Translations under genes and position numbers: made by a program
Source of the DNA: Blastocystis sp. Blastoise
Taxonomy: Eukaryota; Protista; Bigyra: Opalinata
Direction of reading: 5' to 3'
Length of the DNA: 64,000 nucleotides
NCBI GenBank assembly: GCA_039096225.1
Contig: JBBPEB010000013.1
Location: forward strand, 868,001-932,000
Part shown: piece after piece, positions 21,701 through 35,049 of the stretch
Layout: each line of letters starts with the position of its first letter
How positions within the stretch are numbered: the stretch's first letter is position 1
Notes under the pieces: model-generated
What the model saw: only the letters and a program-made list of their open reading frames with translations
Told to the model about the DNA's origin: nothing
Databases searched by the model: none

Positions 21701-23645
21701 AGCATGAGGTAATCCTCTCTTTTGAAATTCAACAGTATAAGTAATAGCTTGTGCTTTACCAAATACATTCTCATCTTTTAATAAATGATATAAATATTTC
21801 AATTTAATTGCAAATACTCTACAAACTAAATCAGGTCTTTCCCATGCTTCTTGATTAGGATATAAATTATCTACTATTTCTTTCCATTTTGGATTACATG
21901 TAAAAGTAATAAAATAATCTGGTTTACCATAATATCTTACTATTGTCATTGCATCTAAATAAGCTCCTTTCATATATCTAGGTCCTCCTACAAAACCACT
22001 ATTTAATATAATAGGTTTTCCTATTCCATTTGTTACTTCTTCATCTGTTACTTGTTCTCTTCTTCTCTGATTATATTGTCGTAACACATTATAAGATTCT
22101 GCTCTTAATTTTGATTGATTCATTTCTATAAATGATAATCGTTGTTCTTCTATTTTAGAATAAGCATCTACAATATATTGTAAGAATAATTTTCCTCCTG
22201 ATAAGAAATAATTCTTATTAGGAAATGATCTTGGAAAACAAAGAAAAGAATAAAAATCTTTTAAAGTAAAAGATGATTTCTCATATACAGGATTTCCTAT
22301 TAAATCTATAGGATATCCTTCATTATTAAATTGTTGATAATTAGCTAATAAAGTAATTGATTTTGAAAAATCATCATGAGTTTGTCTTGAAGACTCTCTA
22401 TCATCATTATCTATTTCATCTTCTTCATTATCTAATAATTGATTTCTATTATTATATCTACTATTTCTATTTGATTCTCTTTCTATTTGTTCTACTTGAA
22501 TGTTAGTATTTTCTATTGTATTTGAATTGATTTGAGAATGTATTTCTATATTATTATTTCTTCTTGGAATATAATTAGGATTTCTTCTTAACTCACTTTT
22601 AGATGCAAGAATAAATAATGGAATTCCTGTGGGATAAAATATAGGATAAACCATAGGATCACAAAATGGATTATCATATTTCATTCTTGTGAAATGTTGT
22701 CTTATTTCTTCATTCATATTCATATGATTTGTATTATTATTATTATTAAGATGAATTCTTGGATAGCATCTAAATTCTGTATGAGGAAATGTTTCCATAG
22801 AATTAATAGGAACTATAAGTGCTATTTCATGAGAAGCAGAAGGAGTATTATATCTTCTTTGATCATCTGAATGTAATGTTTTGAATTTTAATGAAACATC
22901 TACTTGTGATATATGAAGATTATTATTATTATTTGTAGCAGTAGTTACTTCTTCATGTAATGTCTTAAAAGCATTCATTAATTCATTATTTAATAATGAA
23001 TTATGTAATACTCTCATTATTTCTGTATTTAAATTATCATAATATTGATTATTTGATCGAAGTTGAAAAGCTTCTTCTTGATCATAAATATATATTTGAT
23101 TATAATTAGGAGTAATACCTTCAGGAGGATATAAATCTGCCATAGAATGATATATATTTCCATGTACTTTATAGAAATATATTCCATTATTATCTAATCT
23201 TGTTTGTGTATCAGTACATGACATAGAAGCAAAAGCTATTGAATTATTATACCTACGAATATCTTTCTTAAATTGTTTTGAAGAATCTGTATTATCATTC
23301 AATAAGTTTTGTATTGATATATCTGGCTCTGATAATGAACCTAAACGTACTTTTCCACTACGACAACAACCACTATATTGACTATTCTTTAATATAATAT
23401 TTCCTTCTGTGTCAAGTGTCCATTGTCTTCTTCTTTTTGTATATATTATTGTATTATTTATTGTATCATTATATGAATTTGATGGTTCTTCAAAAAATGT
23501 TGTATCATAATTAGTTGAAAACTTAAAGTTGTTTCTTTCATGTTCAAAATGTAAAGCATTACAACATGAACATTTAAATATCATTTTACCCAAGTCATAA
23601 TAGTCATACTTATTATCATTTTCATCAATTATTTGATATGAGCTT
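18770..23645 (-). CDS. Helitron Rep-helicase (HUH endonuclease plus Pif1-like SF1 helicase), large final exon
   Basis: LGKMxxxCxxC, FITFTCNPKW, VEFQKRGLPHAHILL (HUH), YLYKYTTKG (Y2), DGPGGTGKT, IIWDEAPM, AMTINKSQGQT, HGQLYVAFSRV; the TTG start in the ORF track is preceded by an in-frame splice acceptor (tatatAG at ~23646). Confidence 0.95.
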
Positions 23646-26600
23646 CCTATATATAAAAGAATTGTTTAATATTTTTCAAGATTCATATTTAAAAACAATA
23701 TATTACTATTATTCATACTTATTGGAGAAAAAGCCAAAATGTCTCTTCTTGTAAAAATTAAATTATTTAATTCATCGTTATTGTCTAGAAGTATATCTAT
23801 ATATTATTATTTATAATTCATAATTATATCAAACATATAATATATATTTATATTAAAAAAAACTGTTATAAAAACAAAAAAATATAATTAAAGTTGTAAT
23901 TACTTGATAGATTTTGATTATTCTCATCATTAGTTAATTGATCACTAATATCATGATTATTTATTATGTAATCATCGTTTTGTTCACTTAGTAAATTTAT
24001 GCTGTTAGCAACATTTTCTTCGTTTATATTATTATTATCCAATTCTATTAAGTTATTTACACTATGAGGTACTATTATTATCCTATTTTCAACGTCATTC
24101 ATTTCTATCATATTTTCATCATTAATAGTTACTTCAGAATGATCATTAACATTAGATGTCGTTATGTCATTTAAGTTCCTAGAGATACTATTATTCATAT
24201 CAATAATATCCATGTTATTATATAAAGCAAGTGCTTCGTCATTGATTATTGATTCAGATGATGATTTTTCTCTATTTTCAATTATATTATTGTTTGTGAT
24301 ATTTATATCTTCCAAATGTACTGTCAAATTTAAGTCATTGGAATCAATAATGTTGTTATAAGTTGGAAAAGTATTATTTTGTGAGTTGTTACTATTAATA
24401 GTTTCTTTATCCTGATTTAAATCTTCAACATTTTTTTCATCATGAAAGTCATCATCAATTAAATCGTGTATACCATTATTAATTTGGAACTCAAAGTTAT
24501 CAGTAACATTTTTGTTAAATTCAGTGTCATCATTGTTTTCGATTACCGATTGATAATCAGAACAAATACATTCATTGTCATCTGTTTTATTGAGATTAGA
24601 TACTATAAAATATTTTTTATCATTTCTATTATTATTATATTCATTTGAATCTCTATTAGTTAAGCTAGGTTCATAATGTGTTAAACTTCTTTGCAATATC
24701 TCTTTATTACTCATTAAATCAGGGAACAACTGTGTCGATAAAACATGTTTTTCAGTATCATTAATTGATATTTTTTTGTTTTTATTTTTTTCACCTATAT
24801 ATATTATTGAATAGTCTAAAAATATTGTTAAATGAAAGAAAAATCCTAATAAAAGAAAAAAAAAGTAAAACATGTTAAAAACTGACTATGGAAATTATTA
24901 TATAAACATTTCTTATGTTGTAATATATTTTTAATGTTTTAAAAACTAAAATTTTATTCATTAATTTAAAAAACAATCATTTAATTTGAAAACATTCAAA
25001 AAAAAAAAGGTTAATAAAAATAAATATAGAAAATAATTAATTAACAATTAAATAAATAAAATTATAATATGAAATATATATTTAATTAGTACATACTATC
25101 AGAGTCACTATTCTCCAAAAATGTTTTCAAAAGTTTTGCTTTCATATCATTTCTTGCTGTTCTTTTTATTGTTTTATTATCTAAAAAAAAAGAATATTAA
25201 GAAATATAATAAAAATATTAAATTATATCAAAATAATATATATATATATATACTATCGATCTTTGATTCCAAAGTGGAATCATCATTTGATCTAAAACTG
25301 AATAAAGAGCTTTGATTTCTAAGTATTATTTCATTTGTGACATTCCCATGATTATTCTCATTAAGAGAATCTAAAGAAATATATAATCATAAAAATAATC
25401 ATTAAAATCATCATTAAAATAATCATTCAAATAGTCATAATCATAATAATCATGGAAATAATAATGAAAAAAGTCATAAAAATAATCATTAAAATAGTCA
25501 TAAAAATATCCATAAGAATAGTCATAAAAATAATTATAATAGTCATAATAGTCATAATAGTCATAGAAATAATAATAATAAACCAACATATTCATGAAAC
25601 ATTATATATATATTACTATATGAAATTAATATAATTACTTACCTGAATTTGTAAAGCCAAAAACCTTCGATAAAACTTCTAGAGTTTGTGGAATTAAATC
25701 ATTAAGTATTTCTTTAGCTAGAATAATAAAAAATGATAACAATAATAATGAATACATAATATACATATTTATATATATATACAATAATGCATCCCACTAA
25801 CGCTCAGCATAGTACTTCTATCGAATTCTATTCTATTTGTTGCATTTTTATAGCCTATAAAAAATAAATAATTCATATAAAAAATATATATATATACCTT
25901 TGTTAGATATACTAACACCATATTTTGAGAAATTCTTCGTATTCAGATTAGTATTACAATTTTGGTTTGATATATTTCCATATTTGTGTTTCTTTGCTTT
26001 TTTATGTTTCTTATTTTTCTTTTCCGCCGATCCATCTTTCGCTGAATTTTCATTAAGTTTATTATCAGAAGCAGAAGTAATATTAGAAGAATTATATATA
26101 TCTTTTGAATTATTAGTAGTAGTATTAGTTACATCAATAGCTTCTTTCCTTTCTTTTTGTTTAAAAGAGACATAATCTGATAAACTTAATATCTTTTTAA
26201 ATTCAATTGGATTATCATTTTTATCGTCATTATTTATACCTATAATTCATATAAAAAAAATAAAAAAATAATTTCAATATAAAATTTACAATATAGAAAA
26301 TATATATATATATATATATATATTCATACCTATTTGTTTAGATGATTCAAGAGGAGGAGCAGAAGAAAAACTGTGAAGAACTGGATATTCATCTATATAT
26401 TTATAAGAAAAGTAATAAAAATTATTATCAAATATAAAAATTACCACAGTCTGATTGATCTATATCTATAAATTTAGAATGAACTATAGATATTATCTTA
26501 TATATATATATTTAAATAATATACCTAAATAATCTTTATCACTATTTATTTTTTCTTTATTCCTTTCATTTGAATCAATACCGCTAGGAGTTTTATCTTC

Positions 26601-26960
26601 TTTATATCTATTATTATAACTTTTATCATGAATACCTATAAATGTATAAAGAAAAAAGAAATAATATATTCATTAGTATTAATATAATATAAATATAAAT
26701 GTTTCATGATGATTATTTTTATTTGAATATACTAATAATTGTACATATTTTGATAAATAAAAATATAATAATAATATAGAAAAATTGTAATAATACTATT
26801 TAAGAAATAAAGAATAATTATTACAAAATAATTATCACATAAACATAAATATATAATAATAGTAGAAATAAATAAAAATGTATACGTTGAGATGAATTTA
26901 ATATTTGAGAAGAAACCATATTCGTATTACTTTTTTGTATATCTAAAATGAATTGTTTTT

Positions 26961-27009
<49 letters not shown>

Positions 27010-28120
27010 TATTCAATGATGAAATGTTATTGGTTTTAGGTGCTTCTACAATGCTGTTTTTATTTTTAATACCTATATATTACAGTAATAGATATATCAG
27101 TATTAGAATATAAAATAAATAATTAATATAAGATATAATAAAAAAAAATAATAAATGAATAATAATATAGTTATATATTGAGTTAAATATTTAATGTAAT
27201 CATTTTTATATTAATAGATATTTGCTTATAATGTATCGAGAAATAATACTAATAAAGAAATAAATTATAATAATAGAATATTATGATAGGAACAATAGTA
27301 GATATAATGAAAATAAATAACAATAGAATACTTTAGTAACAATAATAGAAATAATAATATGAGAATTAATAAACATATATTCTATTGTACATACTACTGG
27401 GAGTATTTGAAGGTTTATTATTGCCAAGTAACTCCTTATTTTCCTGAATATTTTTATCACCTATACAAAAATAAGTATTATAAAAAATAAGTAATAATTA
27501 TATACTAACTGTACTATTGGTACATTTCTTGTTATTTAATAAATCATTGTTATTTGATTTTGATTTAATACCTATGGAGAGTAATTAATTTATTAATAAT
27601 AAATGTTATACCAATATCTTTTGAAGGCTTATTCAAATCCGAAATCTTTTTACTTACAGAATTATTTTTATTACCTAAATAATAATAAGAGTAGCGAGAT
27701 TTGAAATTATACTTATATTATAATAGCGGATAATTAATGAAATAGTAAGAATTTCTAAAAGAAAGTAATCACAGTAAATTATATATACATTCTCGCACAG
27801 GTGAAAGATCAGGAAGTGATATAGGTTTATAATGTTTCACTATATATAAACATATAAATATATATAAATATATATATGATACTTTTTGATAATGGTAATG
27901 GAAGAATAAGTGACGATTCATCAATAGATTCTTTTGAAGAAGATAATAATTTATTTTGGTCTGCTTTTTTTTCTAAATATATATATATATATATACAGTA
28001 TTCATTTAATATAATATTTAAAAAATTATGATTATATTATTATTATATATAGTTTAGATATATTTATGATTAATAATGGTAAATACTTTCTATTCCCACG
28101 TTTTCTACTTTATTTGTTGC

Positions 28121-28197
<77 letters not shown>

Positions 28198-29635
28198 CCA
28201 TCTTTATTTGTAGCCATTAAATCATCTGTTGTCTTACTTATTTGTTCTAAGTAATAAGTATAAGAATAGTAATTATATATATAAAGTAATAACAAAGATA
28301 ATAATAAAATAAAATATTGAAAATATATATATATATATAAATAAAATAAAAATAATATATAAAACATTGTTATTATCTTTATATGAATAATAATGTTAAT
28401 TATAATTGACAATAATGAATGCAATATTAATAATTATTATGATATATATATACTCTCTATAACATGACTGTTTTCTTGAGTTGACGATTGACTTATAGAT
28501 AGAATCATTGAATCCATTACTATATAATATAAAAAATAAAAATATTTAAAACATTCGTGTTGTTAAAAAAATTATAATAAAGAAATAAAATATATATACC
28601 TGATGCAATTGTTGCAATATTGCTATTGTTACGTTTAGCTTCACTCCCAGTTGGATTTTGAGCTGCATTGTCTATAGATGTTAAGTACCTATCATAAAAT
28701 AATAAATATACCTTGAGACTCTAAATCTTCTGACTTCTTATTGTCCCTCTGTTTATCAATATTAACTGATTCTGCTGATTCTAAAGATACATTATATATT
28801 TAGAATAATGGAGTATAAGAATATACCTTCAGTTGTTGTTGAAACCTGAGATACATCTATTTCTTGCTGAGCTATATACATGTAAAGATAAAACATGAAT
28901 ATATTGATATATATAATAAAATATGTGACAGAATGGTAAGATATATAAGAAAAACATACAGCTTTGAGATCTGCGTTGTTGCATATCTTCTTTGTGTTGC
29001 TTTTTCTTTGAATACTCTTTGCCAAATGTCATGATAGCTTATTAATATATATGTTTTTCTTTGACAGAAGATATTATTTATAAGATAATAGTTCTTATAT
29101 TCTTGTTAATAATAAATAATAGAGTGAAAAAATCTTTTTCCCCATGTTTTTGTTTTAGTAGATGACCTTCAAAAAACAAACTTTCAGCTGGAAGATCAGT
29201 TTTAAAATGTCTTTTCTTAAATAAATATTTAAAAAGAATATATCCATTTTATAAATCTAACACTGGTTTGATTCATGAAGTCAACAGAAGCAAATATAAA
29301 GGCATAGTAGTAGAAATTATGAACAAAATCCGCCAATTTGTTTGTATCATATCAAATAACTTTATAGCTTCAAATGGAAGCATGTAGTGTGTGTAAATCC
29401 TGATTGTGGTGAAGTCTAAATTTAGTTATAATTACTAAAACCGTATTTAGCCAGATTTTGAAAAGTATTGCTTTTTTAAAGTATATATATTTAGAATAGC
29501 ATTATATTTACTCTTATTTTCTATTTGAATCGCTTTATCTATAGTAGATAAATAAAAACACGTAAATGAGTAAAGAATTGTCAGTATCATAAAATAAAAA
29601 GGACTTCCTACGTCATAGTAATCGTTTACAGCCAT
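23646..29635 (-). CDS. Multi-exon coding region inside the Helitron (RepHel N-terminal extension or second/captured gene)
   Basis: Many short N/K/S-rich exons bounded by ...tatAG and GTata... with (TA)n-rich introns, e.g. exon 26239-25898; exact exon chain not resolved. Confidence 0.6.
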
Positions 29636-30470
29636 TGTAGTTTACTAAACTGAACAAACATGATGTTGACACATGTTATAGAATGCATTCTTATTTTTAA
29701 GACTGACTCAAACATGGTCATTGATATTAAATATGCTATAAAGTACTGCTGGTAATAGTTTGTTATTCACTTATGATTCTCATATATGGAATCACTTTTA
29801 ATAAATAATAAATTGTAAAAATATATATATATTTGGGGTATCTATAATATTAGATAAGCAAAACCATTTATGTAATAAACGCTATAACTACAGCCTAGTA
29901 GTTTTAATCTTTATTAATCAAAAGTATACACATTTTGACACATAGGTAAAAAAACAACCACGTTTATTTCCAATAATGTTTTGACTAATAACAGTATTAA
30001 ACACTCTAATAATTAATTTTACAAACAGTGAATTGAATCTCTTGTTTTAAGGCACGTAAACACACAATTCAAAACTGTTTTAACCTTAAAATTTGATATT
30101 TAGACGTAATATTTACACATTAGACTATATGTATCCTTCAAGACATATTTGACTACTTTTTAACAACTTTAGAGCCAACATGTCCAGTTTGTCATTCACT
30201 CCTCAACTCCACTTTTGACTATTTCTTTTAGAAATGCAATACACATATACTCTAGTTTTCAAATATATAAAAATTAATTGTCAAATATGAATTTGATTTG
30301 TCAACTTTCGGAAAATTTTTAGAAAAATGATTTTTCAATTTTCAGTTTTTTAACATGTTATACTATTGACTCTACTAAACTCATTTCTTAATTAATTTTA
30401 AATATTAAAACTTATATTATTAATATGTTTTATTCTCTATATTTATTTGTTAAAATTATTTAAAATAATT

Positions 30471-31450
30471 AAATATTGACTGAGAAATTAATGTTATAAA
30501 GTATACCCTTTTTTCAAAAATTAATTTTTTTATGTTTTGCATATATAATTTTTTATCTCAAAAGTTATTATATATTTAGATAAAATTTTTATAAATATTA
30601 AAACTATAGGTTATCTATTTTATAAATAAGTTTTATTTATTTTTTAAAAATTAATATTGATGGAGAAATTGTCAAAATAAATTATAGTATCAAAAACATT
30701 TTCTTTTTTTAAACGATTTATTTCACTAATTAAAGACTTATAAAAACATATTTATTTATTTAAAGCTTATTTATGACATTTACAACTCATAATGACTCAT
30801 AACTAACTTTTTAGAACAAACATTGTCTGTATCAGTTCAACATGTTGTCTTAAAATTTTCAAATAAGTCACACAAAGTGTCCATATATGATTCTAAACAC
30901 GAATTGAAACGTTTTAAGAGTTTATTGAGTTAACATTGTCTGGTGATCTGTTGTCAAAGTCTTTTAAAAACAAAATAAAATTGTAAAATATGTTTATTTT
31001 GGTATTTAGTGATTCAATATGAAGTCAAATGTCAAAAATATTTATTATTGATGAGAATATTGACAAAAAACAAATAAAAAAGTTTTGAGAAAAATTTCGA
31101 ACCTTATTTTTTTATTGAGTTCAACTATTGTCTCCTGTAACATCATTTTTTAATTATTTAAAAAAGTGACAAAAACGCATCATGTTTTGGTTGTCTTATA
31201 TCTAAATATGTTTTAACTTTATTATTTTATAAAATATTGACTGAGAAATCACAATCACAAAATATACCCTTTTTAGAAAATTTTCATTTTTATGTTTTTA
31301 ATATAAACGTAGATATTTTAGTCAATATTGAATATTTAGATAAAATATTAAAAATGCATCATATTTATGTTATCTAGTTTCAAGATATGTTTTTACTTTT
31401 TTTATATTTTGAATATTGACAGAAATATCAAGATCACAAAATTGGGTATC
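30471..31450. repeat. Degenerate ~180-bp repeat in the Helitron 5' subterminal region
   Basis: AATATTGA(C/T)...GAAAT recurs at ~30471, 30653, 31232 and 31412, with downstream TATACCCTTTTT or GTATCAAA motifs. Confidence 0.55.
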
Positions 31451-32115
31451 AAAGAAGAAAAAATTTTAAAAGCTAATACTTCTTTATTAAAAAGTATATG
31501 ACAAATATAAAACACATTTATGATGGATATAGAGTTAAATAAATATAAAACAGCTCAAATAAGTTTATATAAAAGGAATGTGTTGGATATCAGTTTGTCT
31601 TTTGTCGTTATTTAAAGGAATTATTGTTGTTTCAGAGTAGTTGAGGTCATATTCATTACATATGAAATGGTTTTAGAGTTTAAAGTTAGTAATGTGTGTA
31701 TTGATATGTTGTCAAGTCATAAATATAAACGAATCTACCCGTCAAAACTATATATAAGACCAACCCGTCAATAAAAGTTAATTTTATAAAAATAAATATA
31801 AAGTATGTGAATAGATATAGGAAAAATAAGAAAACAATAAAAAATGAAAAACGAAAAATGTGTGTTTTCATAAAAATGAAAAATATTGGATAAAATAAAA
31901 ATAATCCAATAATTTTGGTTAAAATTTTGTGCGAAAATGGTTTTTTGCGTTTTTTAGCCAGAAACTTAGAGTTTTCGAAAAATTTCTTTAACAGTCATTT
32001 TTAGAATTGTGTTCCGGATTTTTTGATGTTATTTTTATTTTATAAAAGTTAATAACAAAGTCAATAATACGAAAAATGTGTGAGACACCGTACTTTTGGG
32101 CTGCTAAATTAAGGA

Positions 32116-32843
32116 TATTAATTAAAACTGTTGATGAATTAGTCAATACATATAAATTACCAGAACATAATTTTATTGTATTGGATGATATCTATCCATT
32201 ATCTAGACAAACCAAACAATTGATTGTATCTATATTATCTAAAGGTCGTCATTATAAACAGAATGCTATTATATGTCTTCAAAGTCATACAGATGTTACC
32301 AATCAATCTATATTAAGTCAAGTATCTCATTTCTTTATTAATAGTCAAATCTTAAAACGTGATCCTGGATTCTTACCAGATAAATTAAAGATTATGCCAT
32401 CGAATCTAAATGAAATTCTTACAGATGAAGAATTAATGAATGATCCACATCAATTCTTTATGTTGAAACAAGGTAGTGATGATTTAACAATATGGACTAA
32501 TCCTGATTGTGGTAGTAAACAGAATGTATATAAGATGGTAAAGAAAAGGAAATGGACAGAAGAAGATAGTGAAAAAGAGAAACGAGAAGAACAAGGTGAA
32601 GTATCAGGTAGTGGCATTAAACGTCCTAATGAACATATATCTACATATGAAAAGAAAATGAAGAAGTTTTTACCTGTTGAAGAAGAAGTCTCATTGAAAG
32701 GTATTGAACGAGATGAAAAAGATAAACCTAAAGAATCCATCTTACAAATCATACAAGATCAAATCATACAAGATAGTCAACGACGCATTTTTAATCCTTA
32801 TTTAAATAAAAAACATTATTCTGGTTATCCTTCTTTTCATTAA
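32116..32843 (+). pseudogene. A32/FtsK-like packaging ATPase, 3' part
   Basis: Walker B FIVLDDI, SKGRHY and ICLQS motifs. Confidence 0.9.
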
Positions 32844-32896
32844 TTTTTTTATATTTTAATTTGTCATATAAACCATAATTATTTTATTGTTTTGTT

Positions 32897-33934
32897 ATGA
32901 GTTCAATTACAAAAAGATATTTAAAACAAAATTGTGATCCACGATTATTTGGAGGATCACCACCAAAATCAAATAGACGTGATCTTTATCATAAACGATA
33001 TGTAAGATATGGAGGAACAGGCTTTGAAGAAATTGTTAGACAACAAACTAGAGATGCTGATTGGGCTGATTTTAAAAATGGTGTCTATACTGCATTACCT
33101 ATTTTAGGTACATTAGGAGCATTTGCTGGATATAATTATTATCAGAAACGTAAAGAACAAAAACGTCAAGAAAAAGCAAAAGAAGAAAAGAAAAGACAAT
33201 TTGAAGAACATATTGAAGATGCTAATAGAGATGATGAATTATATAATGATGATGCTACTTATCAACCAAAGAGAATAACAAGAAAAATGATGGCTGATGA
33301 TGATAAAGATTATAATAATGCAAATCTTGAAGATGAAAATTATGATGATATATTTGGTCAAGGTATACATAGAAGGCATCAGAAACATCGTAAAGAACAT
33401 GGGAGTCACCGAGAAAAAGAAAAGAAAACAAGTAAATTCGTAACTCCTCAAATAAGAATTATTGCTAAGAAGGCTATTCGTTCTAGTAATGTAAAGTCTA
33501 ATAAGAAGAAATTACAAGATATTAAAGAACGATTACCTAAAAATGATGAGCATGTGTCTGTACGTGATATTGTTAATGTCGTTATCGATAAAGAATATCC
33601 TATGGATCCAAAACAAAAGCATTCTATTATTGCGAATACTGCTATTAAAACTATTAAAACGATTGTTCCTATTGTAGTGAATGCATTAAAATACTATTAT
33701 CCTTCTCTTGGTATCCCTATTGATTTCGCTTATAATATGATTACTACTGATGATGATAAGAAACGTAAAGAAACTGCTGATAACTATTTTAAAAATCCTA
33801 GTGGAAGTGGTGTTACAAAAGAGAATGCTGAACGTTGTGGTGGTGCTCTTGTCAACTCTACATCCTTTGATACTACTACTAATTTAATTATTAATCTTGT
33901 TCAATTCTTCTTAAAAAAATTCCATTTAAATTAA
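32897..33934 (+). CDS. Putative virion protein with GG cleavage-like motifs and a hydrophobic segment, 345 aa
   Basis: LFGGS, RYGGT, RCGGA motifs; ALPILGTLGAFAGYNYY hydrophobic stretch. Confidence 0.6.
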   Translation: MSSITKRYLKQNCDPRLFGGSPPKSNRRDLYHKRYVRYGGTGFEEIVRQQTRDADWADFKNGVYTALPILGTLGAFAGYNYYQKRKEQKRQEKAKEEKKRQFEEHIEDANRDDELYNDDATYQPKRITRKMMADDDKDYNNANLEDENYDDIFGQGIHRRHQKHRKEHGSHREKEKKTSKFVTPQIRIIAKKAIRSSNVKSNKKKLQDIKERLPKNDEHVSVRDIVNVVIDKEYPMDPKQKHSIIANTAIKTIKTIVPIVVNALKYYYPSLGIPIDFAYNMITTDDDKKRKETADNYFKNPSGSGVTKENAERCGGALVNSTSFDTTTNLIINLVQFFLKKFHLN

Positions 33935-34010
33935 TTATTTTAACTTTTATTATTTCATAATTAATTATTTGTTTTGTTATATAATTATTTTCGAATTAAT
34001 ACAATAAATA

Positions 34011-34808
34011 ATGCAAAGTAATTTAGGAGATAGTGTAACTCTCTATGATATTTTATCAAGAAATCAGAAAAAACAATCTTGGGATCCATGGTTACCCAAT
34101 TCATATATTTGTCAAGATGAACAACCTGTACAACCATTAGCACATGATCCTAATGCACAAGGATCTATGTATAGTTCAATGGCAGTTCAAGCATTAAGAA
34201 ATCATGGTCAATCACCTGAAGATATGTTTATAGCTACTATGAATTCAGCTAAAGCTAATGGTGATACCAATAGATATACATCCATGTTATCTCAATGGCA
34301 AACGAATTATGGTATTCCTACTACAAGTAAGATATGGTATGATGCTAGTAATCCTAATAACTATCAATATGAAAAACTTATTCATACTGTAAGAAATCCT
34401 AATGAAGACTATACAGTGAAACCACAACCAGAATCCATGAATTCTAATTTCACTGAAGAACAACCCAAACCAGAACCTGAAAAGAAACCTGAACACGAAA
34501 AGAAACCAGCTAAAGAACCTGAAACTAAACCTGAAACTGAAAAGAAACCAGATAAAGAAGATGATAATACTCCAAAGAAATTTGAATTCGATATGAATTT
34601 ACAACAAGATACCGACGAAAAAACATATTATAACGCCACTTATGGAAAGTATAAATTCAAATGGTATACTGATGGACCTATTGAATGCACCAATAGTGAT
34701 GTTTTTGGAAATAATAATATATTCTACAAAAATAAAACATTATTTGTTGAAGCTAATGATAAATCAATGAATATTGACGATTATTTAAAAAATACTCATA
34801 ATAATTAA
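34011..34808 (+). CDS. Hypothetical viral protein with a K/P/E-rich linker, 265 aa
   Basis: ATG ORF; its TGTTTTGTT motif lies beyond Helitron 2 at ~48401. Confidence 0.7.
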   Translation: MQSNLGDSVTLYDILSRNQKKQSWDPWLPNSYICQDEQPVQPLAHDPNAQGSMYSSMAVQALRNHGQSPEDMFIATMNSAKANGDTNRYTSMLSQWQTNYGIPTTSKIWYDASNPNNYQYEKLIHTVRNPNEDYTVKPQPESMNSNFTEEQPKPEPEKKPEHEKKPAKEPETKPETEKKPDKEDDNTPKKFEFDMNLQQDTDEKTYYNATYGKYKFKWYTDGPIECTNSDVFGNNNIFYKNKTLFVEANDKSMNIDDYLKNTHNN

Positions 34809-35049
34809 TGATACTACAAGCGTTTCACGGCCTGCCTACGCAGGCCTACGCTTGAGTTTTATTTTAAAATATCTATTTTTAGTTTTTGGTTTTTAAGTTT
34901 TAACAAAACAATAGAATATTCTATATTTAACTTTTAAGACAACAAATAAAAATTGAAAAGAGAAAAATAATAAATAAAAACAAATATATTAACAGACAAT
35001 AACAAATATAAAAGAAATCAAAAAACAAATAAAACAAATAAAACAATAA

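Larger units (their letters stand above)
18537..32115 (-). mobile_element. Autonomous Helitron, copy 1 (13579 bp)
   Basis: 5'-TC, 3' GC hairpin plus CTTG end, between A and T, no TSD; RepHel ORF; near-identical second copy defines the ends. Confidence 0.93.

Noticed and set aside
25371-25634. Y/D-rich and I-rich small ORFs
   Set aside because: Low-complexity TAGTCATAA-type intronic repeats
28110-28424. 104-aa ORF with IYIYIY run
   Set aside because: Mostly (TA)n intron sequence around a short exon
32076-32115. ATG start of a standalone 255-aa ORF
   Set aside because: The first 13 codons come from the Helitron end; the ORF is the 3' half of the split ATPase
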